Assembly: GCA_944392555.1 (NCBI GenBank)
Contig: CALXWZ010000001.1
Span: 65,810-129,809, forward strand
DNA from: an uncultured Alphaproteobacteria bacterium
GTDB lineage: Bacteria > Pseudomonadota > Alphaproteobacteria > CAAHEQ01 > UBA3637
DNA: 64,000 bases
Direction: 5' to 3'
The notes under the pieces were generated by a model, which saw only the letters and a program-made list of their open reading frames with translations, did no database searches and was not told where the DNA came from. Shown piece by piece: positions 1 to 10,769 of the stretch. Positions within the stretch are counted from its first letter, which is position 1; each line of letters opens with the position of its first letter. A program made the position numbers and the translations under genes.

Positions 1-1425
1 AAATATGATGCCATTATTGAAGAAATAAAAGCGGCGCACGAACGCAAACAACCGATTTTGGTTGGCACGACTTCCATTGAAAAATCGGAAATTTTAGCGG
101 ATTTATTAAGCAAGCGAACGAAGATTCCGTTTAATGTGTTAAATGCACGGCATCACGAACAAGAAGCGCAAATTATTGCACAAGCGGGTGTGCCGGGGGC
201 TGTGACCATTGCAACGAATATGGCTGGTCGCGGAACGGATATTCAGTTGGGTGGTAATTTTGAAATGCGGTTAGCGGAGGAATTGGCAAAAAATCCGGAG
301 GCAAATAAAGAAGAATTATCAGCCCAAATCAAAGAAGAAATTGCCAAAGGGAAAGAAATTGCGTTGAAAGCTGGCGGACTTTACGTATTGGGTTCGGAAC
401 GGCATGAGAGCCGACGGATTGATAATCAGTTACGCGGTCGTTCGGGGCGTCAAGGTGATCCGGGGCTTTCACGGTTTTATGTTTCGTTGGAAGATGATTT
501 AATGCGCATTTTCGGATCCGACAGAATCCAGAAAATTTTAAAGAATCTCGGTATGGAAAAAGGGCAATCCATTGTTCATCCGTGGATTAGTAAAGCGATT
601 GCCGTTGCGCAACAGAAGGTAGAAGCGTATCACTTTGACGTGCGTAAAAATCTGTTGAAGTATGATGATGTGATGAATGACCAGCGTAAAGTAATTTACG
701 AACAACGCAAAGAGTTAATGGTTGCCGATTGTGTAACGGATACAATTAAAGATATGCGTGATGATTGTATTCGCAGTATGATTTATACATTGGCTCCCGC
801 AAAATCCGTGCCCGAGAATTGGAATGCGGAAGAGTTATCGGCGGAAACGGCAAAGTTGTTGGGTATAGAGGTGCCGTTTACGGCATGGGTCAATGAGCCG
901 GGTATGTCGCCCGAAACGATGATTGAGCGGTTGATTGAGCAAGCCGATAAAGCGATGGAAAACAAGATGGCAATTTTGCCGGCGGATATGCGCAACAACC
1001 TTGAAAAGAGTTTGTTAATACAAACGATTGATCAATCGTGGAAAGAGCATTTGCAAACGCTTGACTTTATGAAAACAGCCATCGGTTTGCGGGCATACGG
1101 GCAGAAAAATCCGCTCAATGAATATAAACGCGAATCGTTTATTTTATTTGAAAACTTATTAAGCCGTGTGCGTGAGAGAATCACGCAATTAATGGGACAC
1201 ATGCAATTCCAAATCGCCGAACGTCAGCCACAAGAAATGCAGGAATCACACCCGAATCCGGAGCAGGCAACAGCTGAAAATGTTGCCAATGCCGAAAAGG
1301 AAGACGAGGCGGAACCGCAAACGCCGAAGTTTGAAATGACGGGTGGCAAAATTCCGCGGAATGCACCGTGTCCGTGTGGCTCGGGAAAGAAATATAAGCA
1401 CTGTTGCGGTGCGATTAAAGCGTAA
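1..1425 (+). CDS. secA: Preprotein translocase SecA, 3' portion (5' end outside window)
   Basis: Frame 1 is open from nt 1 (..PILVGTTSIEKSEIL..); the ORF-track entry 58-1425 begins with TTG. C-terminal zinc-finger CPCGSGKKYKHCCG is typical of SecA. Confidence 0.9.
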   Translation, partial: KYDAIIEEIKAAHERKQPILVGTTSIEKSEILADLLSKRTKIPFNVLNARHHEQEAQIIAQAGVPGAVTIATNMAGRGTDIQLGGNFEMRLAEELAKNPEANKEELSAQIKEEIAKGKEIALKAGGLYVLGSERHESRRIDNQLRGRSGRQGDPGLSRFYVSLEDDLMRIFGSDRIQKILKNLGMEKGQSIVHPWISKAIAVAQQKVEAYHFDVRKNLLKYDDVMNDQRKVIYEQRKELMVADCVTDTIKDMRDDCIRSMIYTLAPAKSVPENWNAEELSAETAKLLGIEVPFTAWVNEPGMSPETMIERLIEQADKAMENKMAILPADMRNNLEKSLLIQTIDQSWKEHLQTLDFMKTAIGLRAYGQKNPLNEYKRESFILFENLLSRVRERITQLMGHMQFQIAERQPQEMQESHPNPEQATAENVANAEKEDEAEPQTPKFEMTGGKIPRNAPCPCGSGKKYKHCCGAIKA

Positions 1426-1466
1426 CGGTGATGCAACCGTTAGGTTTTGGTTATGAATGAGAGAGA

Positions 1467-1497
1467 TTCCGCTGAATTCAGCGGAGTTTCTTTTTTT
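1467..1497 (+). terminator. Rho-independent terminator after secA
   Basis: Perfect palindrome TCCGCTGAATTCAGCGGA followed by a T-run. Confidence 0.6.
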
Positions 1498-1575
1498 GGA
1501 AAAATAGAGGGTATAAATTTTGAACCGTTTTTTAACATCTTGCAAGAATGTCTGTTATCTTTTTTATTAAAATAC

Positions 1576-1604
1576 TTGACAATTTTAATTTTCAATGATA
1601 GTAT
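1576..1604 (+). promoter_or_regulatory. Sigma70-like promoter TTGACA-17-TAGTAT with A/T-rich upstream region
   Basis: Conserved module aaatacTTGACAatttt shared with the promoters at 3016 and 3916. Confidence 0.5.
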
Positions 1605-1699
1605 GCAGATTGATAAGGCTAAAATTAAAGTGATTCGCAATGAATTATTGCAAAATCAAAAGTAAAAAGATTGAATGTTGACATAAAAAAGAGAGTGAT

Positions 1700-2944
1700 A
1701 TGTTTGAATTGAATGAAGAAGCAAAATCAGAAGTGAATATCCAAACGGTATCGGTTTTATTTCCTAATCCGGATAGCTATCAGGTAAAATTGTGCCGATT
1801 CTTAACGCTTCAAGCAATGATGATTTTGTCGGCAGTTGGATTTTTTACTATCGGTAATGAAAATGATACTTCCGATTCCAAAGAGAGTGAGAGCATAAGG
1901 AGCGAAAGTGTCAATCCTAATCAAGAAGAGGCTTATATTCAATTCATTGATACAACGAAACAAGCCGAAAATCAATCGGCTGTTTTGGAAATGGCGAATC
2001 ATCTCCCGAATCCTAAGGAATTCAGACAAGGCGTTAAAAAGTTGTTGAACGAACTTAAACTCGGGGAAGTAATTGTGCCCTTGCAAAATTTAACTGCGTC
2101 GGTTGAACAAAACGGATGGAGCGACGATGCGTTTAATCAATTTGTTGAGGTGTGCCGACAAACGGCAAACGTGAAGCCCGAGACGCTTCAAAAAGCAAAA
2201 CCGCTTTTTTATGCTATAACGCAATCTTCCGAAATAAAAGAAGCCATTGATGCCGGCAGAACGAATAAACGCAGGTGGCAAAAAGATTTACCGTTTGCGT
2301 TATTGGGTGGCTCGTTTTTAATGTTAGTGGCGGGCGCAACGGATTCTTATCGGTATTATAAGAAAAATAAAAAAGTATATTCATATTTTTATGATTTTGC
2401 AAAATCGTTTGAGAAAAACGATTGGCGCGATAAGGATTTCGCCCGTTTGGTAACAAACGTGAAAGAGCAGGATTTATTGCTCGCGGGTAAGTTATATGAT
2501 CATTATGAAGATTTAAAACGTTATATGACGCATCCGAGTGTCTATATTACGGTCAGTATATTGGCGGCTCAGGAGAACTGCGAAAACGAAGATGTTTGGG
2601 TATCAACTATGTTGAATATACTTGAACTGAAAACGCAGATGAATTTGGAGCATTATGATGAGCCTATAAAACCGGAAGTGTATATAAACAAAAATTCGGT
2701 TATTATAGCATTGTTTGCAACGGGAGTTGCGTTTGGTATTTATAATCAATCGGTACCGACATTGGAAACCTCGATTGCAAGAGATCAAGAAAAAGCATAT
2801 TATGAGATTCAGAGAATGGAGAGGCCGACCTCCGTTGTTGAAACACGTGATTGGGAACGTCAGTCGCCTGCCGAAAAGGGTCAAAGTGAAAAAATCGTTC
2901 AAAAGCGCCTGTTTTCTAAACCCGAAAATGTTGCACAGCGATAA
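1700..2944 (+). CDS. Hypothetical membrane protein, distant paralogue of the two lipoproteins downstream
   Basis: 414 aa ORF. Segment QKAKPLFYAI..TNKRRWQKDLPFALLGGSFLMLVAGA aligns with QKAKPLVRAV..LLYGLAVALVIASGMAA of the lipoproteins. Shares the promoter module. Confidence 0.6.
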   Translation: MFELNEEAKSEVNIQTVSVLFPNPDSYQVKLCRFLTLQAMMILSAVGFFTIGNENDTSDSKESESIRSESVNPNQEEAYIQFIDTTKQAENQSAVLEMANHLPNPKEFRQGVKKLLNELKLGEVIVPLQNLTASVEQNGWSDDAFNQFVEVCRQTANVKPETLQKAKPLFYAITQSSEIKEAIDAGRTNKRRWQKDLPFALLGGSFLMLVAGATDSYRYYKKNKKVYSYFYDFAKSFEKNDWRDKDFARLVTNVKEQDLLLAGKLYDHYEDLKRYMTHPSVYITVSILAAQENCENEDVWVSTMLNILELKTQMNLEHYDEPIKPEVYINKNSVIIALFATGVAFGIYNQSVPTLETSIARDQEKAYYEIQRMERPTSVVETRDWERQSPAEKGQSEKIVQKRLFSKPENVAQR

Positions 2945-3015
2945 GAAATTTATCAATTTGAAAATCAGGATTATTTGATTTTTTATTGAATGATAATTTT
3001 TTATTAAAAAAATAC

Positions 3016-3044
3016 TTGACAATTTTACTTTTGTGTGTAAGAAT
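3016..3044 (+). promoter_or_regulatory. Sigma70-like promoter TTGACA / TGnAAGAAT
   Basis: Near-identical duplicated promoter-UTR block upstream of both lipoprotein paralogues. Confidence 0.5.
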
Positions 3045-3102
3045 AAAACAACAGTATGGGGAATAAGGATTTTTTGCATAATATAAATTAAGGAGATATA
3101 GC

Positions 3103-3795
3103 ATGAAATTAAATCAACAAATGTTTGCATTGGGCTGTATGGCAAGTATGATTCCGCTGATGACGGGATGTGAAAAAGAAGAACAAACGTCGTCTGCCAG
3201 CGAAACCGTATCGTATTGGGTGCCGGTAGATAGCCAAGGCAACTTTGATAAAGAGCAGGCTGAAAAAAATATTAAGCAGATTGGTTTTGATAAGAATTTG
3301 CCGTTATTTCAAAAGTTGATTGATGAAACCTCCAAAGCGGGCGGAATGACGGATACGGTTTGGAACCGTTTTGCGGTGGCTTATGAATACAATAATCCCG
3401 GTTCCGAACAATGGATACAAAAAGCAAAACCGCTTGTTCGCGCCGTAGTTGAGAATCCGAAGGCCTGCAGTATGATTCAAGATAACCGAACGGATGAAAT
3501 GAAACAAGCGAAAGATGGTTTGTTATATGGATTGGCGGTTGCGTTAGTTATCGCTTCCGGTATGGCAGCTAAAGCAAATTGTAGTGATAAAAAGTTTAAA
3601 AGAGGAGTTGTTAGATACATTGGTGCACCATTGGCACTGGTCGGAGCGTTTGGAAGTGCATACGGTTTGGTGATGAATCAAGGGGATACGGTTCAACGGG
3701 TAGCCATTAAAATGCAAGAAGCCACATATCAGCAGACATTACAACAAGTCAAGCAAACAATTCCGCAACATTTACATGAGAATCAACGCTCGTAA
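3103..3795 (+). CDS. Lipoprotein, paralogue 1
   Basis: Signal peptide with lipobox (MIPLMTGC). 230 aa. GGAGAT ribosome-binding site. Confidence 0.7.
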   Translation: MKLNQQMFALGCMASMIPLMTGCEKEEQTSSASETVSYWVPVDSQGNFDKEQAEKNIKQIGFDKNLPLFQKLIDETSKAGGMTDTVWNRFAVAYEYNNPGSEQWIQKAKPLVRAVVENPKACSMIQDNRTDEMKQAKDGLLYGLAVALVIASGMAAKANCSDKKFKRGVVRYIGAPLALVGAFGSAYGLVMNQGDTVQRVAIKMQEATYQQTLQQVKQTIPQHLHENQRS

Positions 3796-3915
3796 TGCTT
3801 TTACTCGTTGCGTAACGCTTTTTCGCAAAACATCGAAAATGTTGTGCAATGATAAGGAATAAAATAAGAGTTATTTGATTTTTTATTAAATGATCGCTTC
3901 TTATTTGAAAAATTA

Positions 3916-3944
3916 TTGACAATTTTGTTTTTGTGTGTAAGAAT
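3916..3944 (+). promoter_or_regulatory. Sigma70-like promoter (duplicate of the one at 3016)
   Basis: Conserved ttgacaattttgtttttgtgtgtaagaat. Confidence 0.5.
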
Positions 3945-4002
3945 GAGACAACAGTATGGGGAATAAGGATTTTTTACACAATTTAAATTAAGGAGATGAA
4001 AT

Positions 4003-4776
4003 ATGAAATTAAATCAACAAATGCTCGCATTAAGCTGTATGGCAAGTATGATTCCGCTGATGACGGGATGTGAAAAAGAGGAACAAACGTCGTCTGTCAA
4101 AGAAGCCGTATCATATCGTGTGCCGGTAGATAGTCAAGGCAATTTTGATAAAGAGCAGGCTGAAAAAAATATTAAACAGATTGATTTTGATAAGAATATT
4201 AAACTATTTCAAAAGCTAACTGATGAAACATCCAAAGCAGGAAGAATGACGGATGATGTTTGGAATCATTTTGCGGGAGCTTATGTATATCATAATGTCG
4301 GTTCTGAACAATGGATACAAGAAGCAAAACCACTTGTTCGTGCAGTGATAGAGAATCCGAATGCGTGCAACATGATTCAAGATAACCGCACGGATGAAGC
4401 GAAAGAGATAAAAGCAGATGTATTAAGCTTGTTGGTTTGCGTTTTAATGGTTGCCAGTAGTTGTGTAGCAGTTAAATTTGCTTGTAAAGATAAAGATTTT
4501 GGAGACATTGCCAAATTTTATGGTGTTTGGCCTATGGTTTTAGGAGGGGTTTGGATTGGCAGTAGTTTGGGTGCGAATCAAGGAAAAGAGACGGTTCAAC
4601 AAGCGGCTATGAATATTCAGAAAGCCGCATATCAACAGACATTACAACAAGTAAAGCAAATAGTTGCTCAACAGGGTAATATGGTTCAGCCTGCACCAAT
4701 TAAAATACAAGGAGCGGAGAATCAGCAAGTCAAGCAAACAATTCCGCAATATCTGCAAGAGAATCAACGCGCGTAA
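4003..4776 (+). CDS. Lipoprotein, paralogue 2 (tandem duplicate)
   Basis: About 70% identity to the 3103-3795 product over the N-terminal 140 aa. Gln-rich C-terminus. Confidence 0.7.
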   Translation: MKLNQQMLALSCMASMIPLMTGCEKEEQTSSVKEAVSYRVPVDSQGNFDKEQAEKNIKQIDFDKNIKLFQKLTDETSKAGRMTDDVWNHFAGAYVYHNVGSEQWIQEAKPLVRAVIENPNACNMIQDNRTDEAKEIKADVLSLLVCVLMVASSCVAVKFACKDKDFGDIAKFYGVWPMVLGGVWIGSSLGANQGKETVQQAAMNIQKAAYQQTLQQVKQIVAQQGNMVQPAPIKIQGAENQQVKQTIPQYLQENQRA

Positions 4777-4983
4777 TACTTTTACTCAGTGCATGATGGT
4801 GAGAGAGTAATAGATACTAAAACTTGCTATTAAAAAGCTATTAAAAATCGGACGCCTTATTCGGGCGTTCGTTTTTTTATCTCCCTCGCGGATACCTTAA
4901 AGAAAAAAATTGGGTGAAAAATAAAGAAATCGGACTCCTTATCAAAAGAAGCCCGATTTTTATTTTTTGATTATGCTTATATA

Positions 4984-7644
4984 CTAGGCTTTTTTTGCCT
5001 TGCTTGATTTGGATGATTTTTTCTCTTCCTCTTCATAGACCGGTTTGCCGTAGTAGGCAGCCAAGTATAAGTCTTTAATCTCACTGATGAGCGGATATCT
5101 GGCGTTGCAGACGGTGCATTGATCGTCAAACGCTTTTTCCGACAAGGCATCTAATGAAGCCAAGAATGCCGTTTCATCTACATTTACGTCTTTTATGGAC
5201 ATCGGAATGTTAACGGCTTTCTTTAAGTCTTGAATGGCATCAACCAAACGATGGACTTTTTCATCAACCTGATCGGCATTTAATCCGTCCGTTAAGCCCA
5301 TCATATCGGCAAAACGCGCATACCGTTGTTTCACAAACGGATAACGATATTGCGGGAATGTGCCTTGTTTTGTCGGCGCATCCGTTGCGTTGTATTTAAC
5401 AACATACGGCAATAACAACGCGTTTGCCAACCCGTGAGCCACGTGGAATTCGCCGCCGAGTTTGTGCGCCATGGAGTGGCATAATCCCAAGAAAGCGTTT
5501 GCAAATGCCTGTCCGGCTAAAGTGGCCGCATAGTGCATTTTTTCGCGGGCTTTCGGATCGTTTGCACCGTTTTGGTAAGACCGCGGTAAGTATTTGAAGA
5601 CTAAACGCGCTGCTTCAAGGGCTTGTCCGTCCGAGAGGTTGTTGGCCATAACGGAAGTATAAGCTTCCAAAGCGTGCGTCAAAACGTCCACACCCGAAAA
5701 CGCCGTTAATCCTTTCGGCATACTCATGGCCAAATCAGGGTCAACAATCGCCATATTCGGCAAAATAGAATAGTCGGTAATCGGATATTTTTGATTTGTC
5801 TTATCGTCCGTAATAACGGTAAACGGCGTTACTTCCGAGCCCGTTCCAGATGTTGTCGGAATAGCTACCATTTTGGCTTTTTGACCTAAATGCGGGAAGT
5901 CAACAATCCGTTTGCGAATATCCATAAACCGCATGGCAATATCTTCAAACGCCAAATCGGGTTGTTCATACATAAGCCAAACGATTTTAGCCGCGTCCAT
6001 CGGCGAACCACCGCCGAGCGAAACAAATACATCCGGTTCAAACCGTTTCACTTGCTCCAAAATTAAGCCGATTGTTGTTAAATCAGGATCCGGTTTTACG
6101 GCATCAAAAACTTGATACGTCATGCTGTTCTTTTCCAAAATTTTGCCGATACGGTCCGTTACGCCGATTTGCGTCATCGTTCTGTCCGTAACGATAAAGG
6201 CGCGTTTATGTCCTTGTAATTCAGCCAAGGCAAAATCCAAACAGCCTCGTTTGAAGTAAATTTTTTCGGGCGTTTTAAACCACAACATATTTTCGCGACG
6301 TTCCGCAACAGATTTGATGTTTAACAAGTGTTTGACTCCTATATTTTCGCTGACGGCATTGCCACCCCATGACCCGCATCCGAGTGTGAGCGACGGTGCC
6401 AGTTTAAAGTTATATAAATCTCCGATAGCGCCTTGTGAAGACGGCATATTGATAAGTGTCCGCCCCGTTGTGAGGGTTTTACGGAATAAATCAATCCGAT
6501 CTTTATTGGATTCTGCCGTATATAAAACAGAGGTGTGTCCCGCACCGCCTAAAACAATGAGTTTTTGGGCTTCATCAACGGCTTGTTCAAATGTGTCGGC
6601 TTTGAAATATCCCAAAATCGGGGAGAGTTTTTCATGCGCAAACGGGTTGGAATCGTCAATCGTATGCGATTCAACCAACAACACTTTCGTTGTAAACGGC
6701 ACTTCAATGCCTGCCATTTGAGCAATTTTATAAGCCGGTTGACCCACAATCGCCGAGTTCAGTTTTCCGTTGATAAAAATAAGGTCTTTTAATTTTTGCG
6801 TTTCGGCTTTGTTTAAAAAGACACATCCGCGTTTGATAAATTCTTCTTTAACGGCATCATAAACGGAAGCAAGCACCACAACAGATTGTTCGGAAGCGCA
6901 AATCATCCCGTTATCAAATGTTTTACTCATAATAACACTGCTGACAGCCATCTTTAAATCGGCTGTTTCATCAATTACGACGGGTGTATTCCCCGCGCCG
7001 ACGCCGATGGCGGGTGTGCCTGAACTATACGCCGCTTTTACCATGCCCGGACCACCTGTTGCCAAAATTAAAGAAATATCTTTATGCCCCATCAAATAAC
7101 CCGTAACGGCCGGTGTAATTTCATCTAATCCCGCAATAATATCTTCCGGTGCGCCCGCTTTAACGGCTGCTTCCAATACAACGCGTGCTGCCGTATTTGT
7201 GCATTGAATGGCACGCGGGTGCGGTGCAAAAATAATGCCGTTGCGTGTTTTTAGCGCTATCAAGGCTTTGAAAATGGCTGTTGAGGTTGGGTTTGTTGTC
7301 GGCACAATACCGGCAATCACGCCGACGGGTTCCGCAATTTGCGTAAATCCTTGTTCTTTATCTTCGAAAATAACGCCACACGTTTTAGTATTTTTATAAG
7401 CATTATAGATATATTCGGCAGCAAAGTGGTTTTTAATGACTTTATCTTCCACAATCCCCATACCCGTTTCTTTAACGGCCAACTGCGCCAACGGAATCCG
7501 TTGCGATGAGGCAGCCAAAGCGGCGGCTTTAAAAATTTTATCTACTTGTTCTTGCGAAAAGCGAGCGTATGCTTCCTGTGCCTTTTTGACGCGTGCAACA
7601 AGGGCATCAACCGTTTGCTTTTGTTCTTCGGTAATTTCAGCCAT
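4984..7644 (-). CDS. adhE: Bifunctional acetaldehyde-CoA / alcohol dehydrogenase
   Basis: 886 aa with an N-terminal aldehyde dehydrogenase domain and a C-terminal iron-dependent alcohol dehydrogenase domain. Confidence 0.9.
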   Translation of the reverse strand: MAEITEEQKQTVDALVARVKKAQEAYARFSQEQVDKIFKAAALAASSQRIPLAQLAVKETGMGIVEDKVIKNHFAAEYIYNAYKNTKTCGVIFEDKEQGFTQIAEPVGVIAGIVPTTNPTSTAIFKALIALKTRNGIIFAPHPRAIQCTNTAARVVLEAAVKAGAPEDIIAGLDEITPAVTGYLMGHKDISLILATGGPGMVKAAYSSGTPAIGVGAGNTPVVIDETADLKMAVSSVIMSKTFDNGMICASEQSVVVLASVYDAVKEEFIKRGCVFLNKAETQKLKDLIFINGKLNSAIVGQPAYKIAQMAGIEVPFTTKVLLVESHTIDDSNPFAHEKLSPILGYFKADTFEQAVDEAQKLIVLGGAGHTSVLYTAESNKDRIDLFRKTLTTGRTLINMPSSQGAIGDLYNFKLAPSLTLGCGSWGGNAVSENIGVKHLLNIKSVAERRENMLWFKTPEKIYFKRGCLDFALAELQGHKRAFIVTDRTMTQIGVTDRIGKILEKNSMTYQVFDAVKPDPDLTTIGLILEQVKRFEPDVFVSLGGGSPMDAAKIVWLMYEQPDLAFEDIAMRFMDIRKRIVDFPHLGQKAKMVAIPTTSGTGSEVTPFTVITDDKTNQKYPITDYSILPNMAIVDPDLAMSMPKGLTAFSGVDVLTHALEAYTSVMANNLSDGQALEAARLVFKYLPRSYQNGANDPKAREKMHYAATLAGQAFANAFLGLCHSMAHKLGGEFHVAHGLANALLLPYVVKYNATDAPTKQGTFPQYRYPFVKQRYARFADMMGLTDGLNADQVDEKVHRLVDAIQDLKKAVNIPMSIKDVNVDETAFLASLDALSEKAFDDQCTVCNARYPLISEIKDLYLAAYYGKPVYEEEEKKSSKSSKAKKA

Positions 7645-7803
7645 AAGTCCTCCATAATAAGTTGTTAATAATAGAATTTTTTTGCGGTCAGGAATTATTA
7701 TATATATTTCCCGAAAATAAGCAAGATTTTTTGCGATATTGACAATGCTTTTTTGAAAACAATCTCATTTTATTATAAAAATATGAACTTTTTGTGACAA
7801 TAA

Positions 7804-7833
7804 AAAAGAAGCCTTGTTTTAAAAGGCTTCTTT
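7804..7833 (-). terminator. Terminator downstream of grpE
   Basis: Hairpin AAGAAGCC..GGCTTCTT followed by a T-run on the minus strand. Confidence 0.5.
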
Positions 7834-7919
7834 TGTGTTTGAAGCAAATACCTGTTGTATGTTTCTGGTTAAGGATGATTGGGCTAAATTACTTTCCGCC
7901 CCTCCTTATCAATGCTTTT

Positions 7920-8585
7920 TTATTTGCTCACAATAACCATGGCTTCGCGTAATACTCTATCACCGCCGATGGTATAACCTGTTTGAAGTTCTTGGAGAAC
8001 TGTGCCCGGTTCTTTATCGGCATCTTCCACTTCTTGTATTACTTTATGATAATTGGGATCAAAAACCAAACCGACGGTATCCATTTTTTTAATTTGGTGA
8101 TGCTCAAAAACGGTTTGAAGTTGTTTTTGCGTCATTTCAACACCTTTGAGCAAATTAACTAAAAACGGTTCACAGGCTTTTCCCTCATTGTGTTCCTTTT
8201 CAATTTCTTTTTGTGCGCAATCAATGGCGCCTGCCAAATAGTCGGCAACGGGCAATAAATCTTTGGCAAAAGAGGCGTTGGCATACCGATGAGCCTTTTC
8301 AATATCAATTTGCGTGCGTTTGCGTAAATTTTCCATCTCGGCTTGCGAGCGCATGGCCACATCTTTCCACCGAGCAACTTCCGCTTCCAACTCCGCAGAA
8401 TCTTGTGGGCTTGCTTGTGCCGACAAGGTATCTTGTTGCGTTTCATTTTCGCTACCGTTTGTTGCGGTTTCATCTGTTAATTCTTCGTTTATCGAATCTG
8501 CCATAATGTTATCGCTTTGTTCTACTGCATGTTGTAATTTTTCATTTAAATCCATTGGCTTTTTGTTATGATGTTTATGACTCAT
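7920..8585 (-). CDS. grpE: Nucleotide exchange factor GrpE
   Basis: 221 aa. The C-terminal region (..IQEVEDADKEPGTVLQELQTGYTIGGDRVLREAMVIVSK) is typical of GrpE. Confidence 0.85.
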   Translation of the reverse strand: MSHKHHNKKPMDLNEKLQHAVEQSDNIMADSINEELTDETATNGSENETQQDTLSAQASPQDSAELEAEVARWKDVAMRSQAEMENLRKRTQIDIEKAHRYANASFAKDLLPVADYLAGAIDCAQKEIEKEHNEGKACEPFLVNLLKGVEMTQKQLQTVFEHHQIKKMDTVGLVFDPNYHKVIQEVEDADKEPGTVLQELQTGYTIGGDRVLREAMVIVSK

Positions 8586-8794
8586 TTCTTTTTCCTCACA
8601 TTTTTAATACCAGCATTCAGAATATGTTTATATGTAGAATGATTTGAGGCGAAAATCAAGAGGCAAAACGGAAATTTTAACGGATTTCGGAATTGTTATT
8701 CTATTTTTCTGCCGAATGTTTGGATAAAAAATACTTGCAATTAAATGAAAAAAAAGATACAATACAACATTCTTAAAGTTTAAGGAGTTATAAA

Positions 8795-9511
8795 ATGGCA
8801 AGACCGTCAGGAAGATCGGCTGATGAACTCAGACCCGTGAAAATGGAAATCAATGTGAATAAATACGCCGAAGGCTCATGTTTGATAACATGCGGTGATA
8901 CGAAAGTGATGTGCACGGCAACCGTTGAAGAAAAGGTGCCGACGTGGCTTAAAAATTCCGGACAGGGTTGGGTTACGGCGGAATACGGTATGTTGCCAAG
9001 GGCAACGGGAACGCGAACCGATCGCGAATCAAAAAAGGGTCAAAGCGGACGGACGCAGGAAATTCAGCGCCTTATCGGGCGGGCATTGCGCGCCGGTATT
9101 CGGTTGCAGGCGATTGACGGGTTTTGTATTAAAATTGATTGCGATGTGATTCAAGCCGACGGCGGAACACGTACGGCCTCCGTTACGGGCGGTTTTGTGG
9201 CCTTATATTTGGCCTGCCGTAAATTGGTGGCACAAGGCAAATTAAAAGAAATGCCGATTACGCAAATGATTGCAGCCGTTTCGTGCGGTGTTTACGGCGG
9301 TATTCCCGTTTTGGATTTAGACTATATTGAAGATTCAAATGCCGGCACGGATTCCAATTTTGTGATGACGGATAAAGAAACATTAATTGAAATTCAAGGA
9401 ACGGCAGAACACGGCGCATTTACGCCGGCGGAATTTCAACAGTTGATAATGTTGGCGCAAAAAGGAATCCGCGAGTTGATTCAAAAGCAAAAAGAAGTAT
9501 TGTCCCTTTAA
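8795..9511 (+). CDS. rph: Ribonuclease PH
   Basis: 238 aa. Start [15 protein letters not shown] and motif GSCL are as in Rph. Confidence 0.9.
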   Translation: MARPSGRSADELRPVKMEINVNKYAEGSCLITCGDTKVMCTATVEEKVPTWLKNSGQGWVTAEYGMLPRATGTRTDRESKKGQSGRTQEIQRLIGRALRAGIRLQAIDGFCIKIDCDVIQADGGTRTASVTGGFVALYLACRKLVAQGKLKEMPITQMIAAVSCGVYGGIPVLDLDYIEDSNAGTDSNFVMTDKETLIEIQGTAEHGAFTPAEFQQLIMLAQKGIRELIQKQKEVLSL

Positions 9512-9545
9512 ATAAATAACGCTGAAATGAAACAAAGAGGAAAAA

Positions 9546-10157
9546 ATGCAAAAAGTGATTGTATTGGCAACCCATAATCCCCATAAATTGCAAGAGGCGC
9601 GTGCGATTTTATCGCCCATCGGATTTGAAGTGTTAGGCGGGAATGATTGCCATTTGCCGGATGTGGAAGAAACGGGGCTTACGTTTGAAGATAATGCCAA
9701 ATTAAAAGCCGTTGCCGGCTTTAAAGCGCTGGGGAAACCCGTTATGGCAGATGATTCGGGTATTTGTATTGAGGCGCTGGACGGTATGCCGGGTGTTTGT
9801 TCGGCGCGGTATGCAACGAAAAACGGCGGTTATCCGGCCGTCTTTGATGTGCTTAACAAAGAATTGGGGGATAATCCGAACCGAAATGCACACTATACCT
9901 GCGTGATTGCCTTGGCAGTCAGTGAAACGGAAGTTTATACGTTTACGGGGAATATGTATGGCACGTTGGCGCATTTTCCGTCGGGTACGGGTGGATTCGG
10001 GTATGACCCGATTTTTATTCCGGAGGGAATGGAAACAACGCTCGGGCATATCCCCGCAGAAATCAAGAATAAAATTTCGCACCGCAGTAAGGCGTTGAAA
10101 CAAGTTTATGATTTTTTAAAGACGCACGGAGAAAATATATTCGGAGAGAATCAATGA
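9546..10157 (+). CDS. rdgB: Non-canonical purine NTP pyrophosphatase (Ham1/RdgB)
   Basis: 203 aa. Ham1-family motifs VLATHNPHKLQE, ADDSG and FGYDPIF. rph-rdgB synteny. Confidence 0.85.
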   Translation: MQKVIVLATHNPHKLQEARAILSPIGFEVLGGNDCHLPDVEETGLTFEDNAKLKAVAGFKALGKPVMADDSGICIEALDGMPGVCSARYATKNGGYPAVFDVLNKELGDNPNRNAHYTCVIALAVSETEVYTFTGNMYGTLAHFPSGTGGFGYDPIFIPEGMETTLGHIPAEIKNKISHRSKALKQVYDFLKTHGENIFGENQ

Positions 10158-10480
10158 GCCGTAAAACCAAAAGAAATCAACAATCATTTTCTGCCAATCC
10201 GGCGCAAGAATCACTTGCATCCGGTGCGTCATTAGCGCGTATTTTACCACAGGCACACAGCCAAAAAAGCAGAATGATTTACATTTTAATGGCATTATTA
10301 TTACCCGGACTCGGCGTGCATAATTTTTATGCCGGATACACGCGCAACGGTTTGATACAACTTTTTTGCGCGTTTCCCGGCATTTTCTTGATTTTTCCGT
10401 TTTTAATCAGCGTAGTATGGACATGGGTTGAAATTTTCACCATCACGAAAGATGCCACGGGGCTACCGTTTCAACGCTGA
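10154..10480 (+). CDS. TM2 domain membrane protein
   Basis: 108 aa. NFYAGYTRNGLIQL matches the TM2 domain. Start overlaps the rdgB stop. Confidence 0.6.
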   Translation: MSRKTKRNQQSFSANPAQESLASGASLARILPQAHSQKSRMIYILMALLLPGLGVHNFYAGYTRNGLIQLFCAFPGIFLIFPFLISVVWTWVEIFTITKDATGLPFQR

Positions 10481-10769
10481 TTGATTGGTTACTTATTTGT
10501 TATTTATTTATTTTTGGGATTTGTTGAGCTATTTATGATTGCTTGATGTAAAGAAACAAGCAGTGGCTATGGCTCCTGTTTGGGATTTTGGGTTTCTTGC
10601 TTGTATATAGCGCTGATAGCTATCTGTTTTTATGTTGAAAATGAATAAGCAAAATCCCGAATATGCCATGTGCTGATTTGGTAGATTGAGCGCTTTGACG
10701 ATGCAAAATCCGAATATCGCGCTAAAATACAATGTGTCGTATTTCGTTTAAATAAGGAATATGCGCGAG

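Noticed and set aside
783-1665. Several 60-100-aa ORFs antisense to or overlapping the secA 3' end and its terminator
   Set aside because: They are nested in a strongly conserved gene or span the terminator hairpin. They have no ribosome-binding sites.
8159-8571. Four overlapping 85-104-aa ORFs on both strands inside grpE
   Set aside because: grpE is conserved along its whole length. The alternative frames are Arg/Lys- or Ser/Cys-rich, typical of out-of-frame noise.
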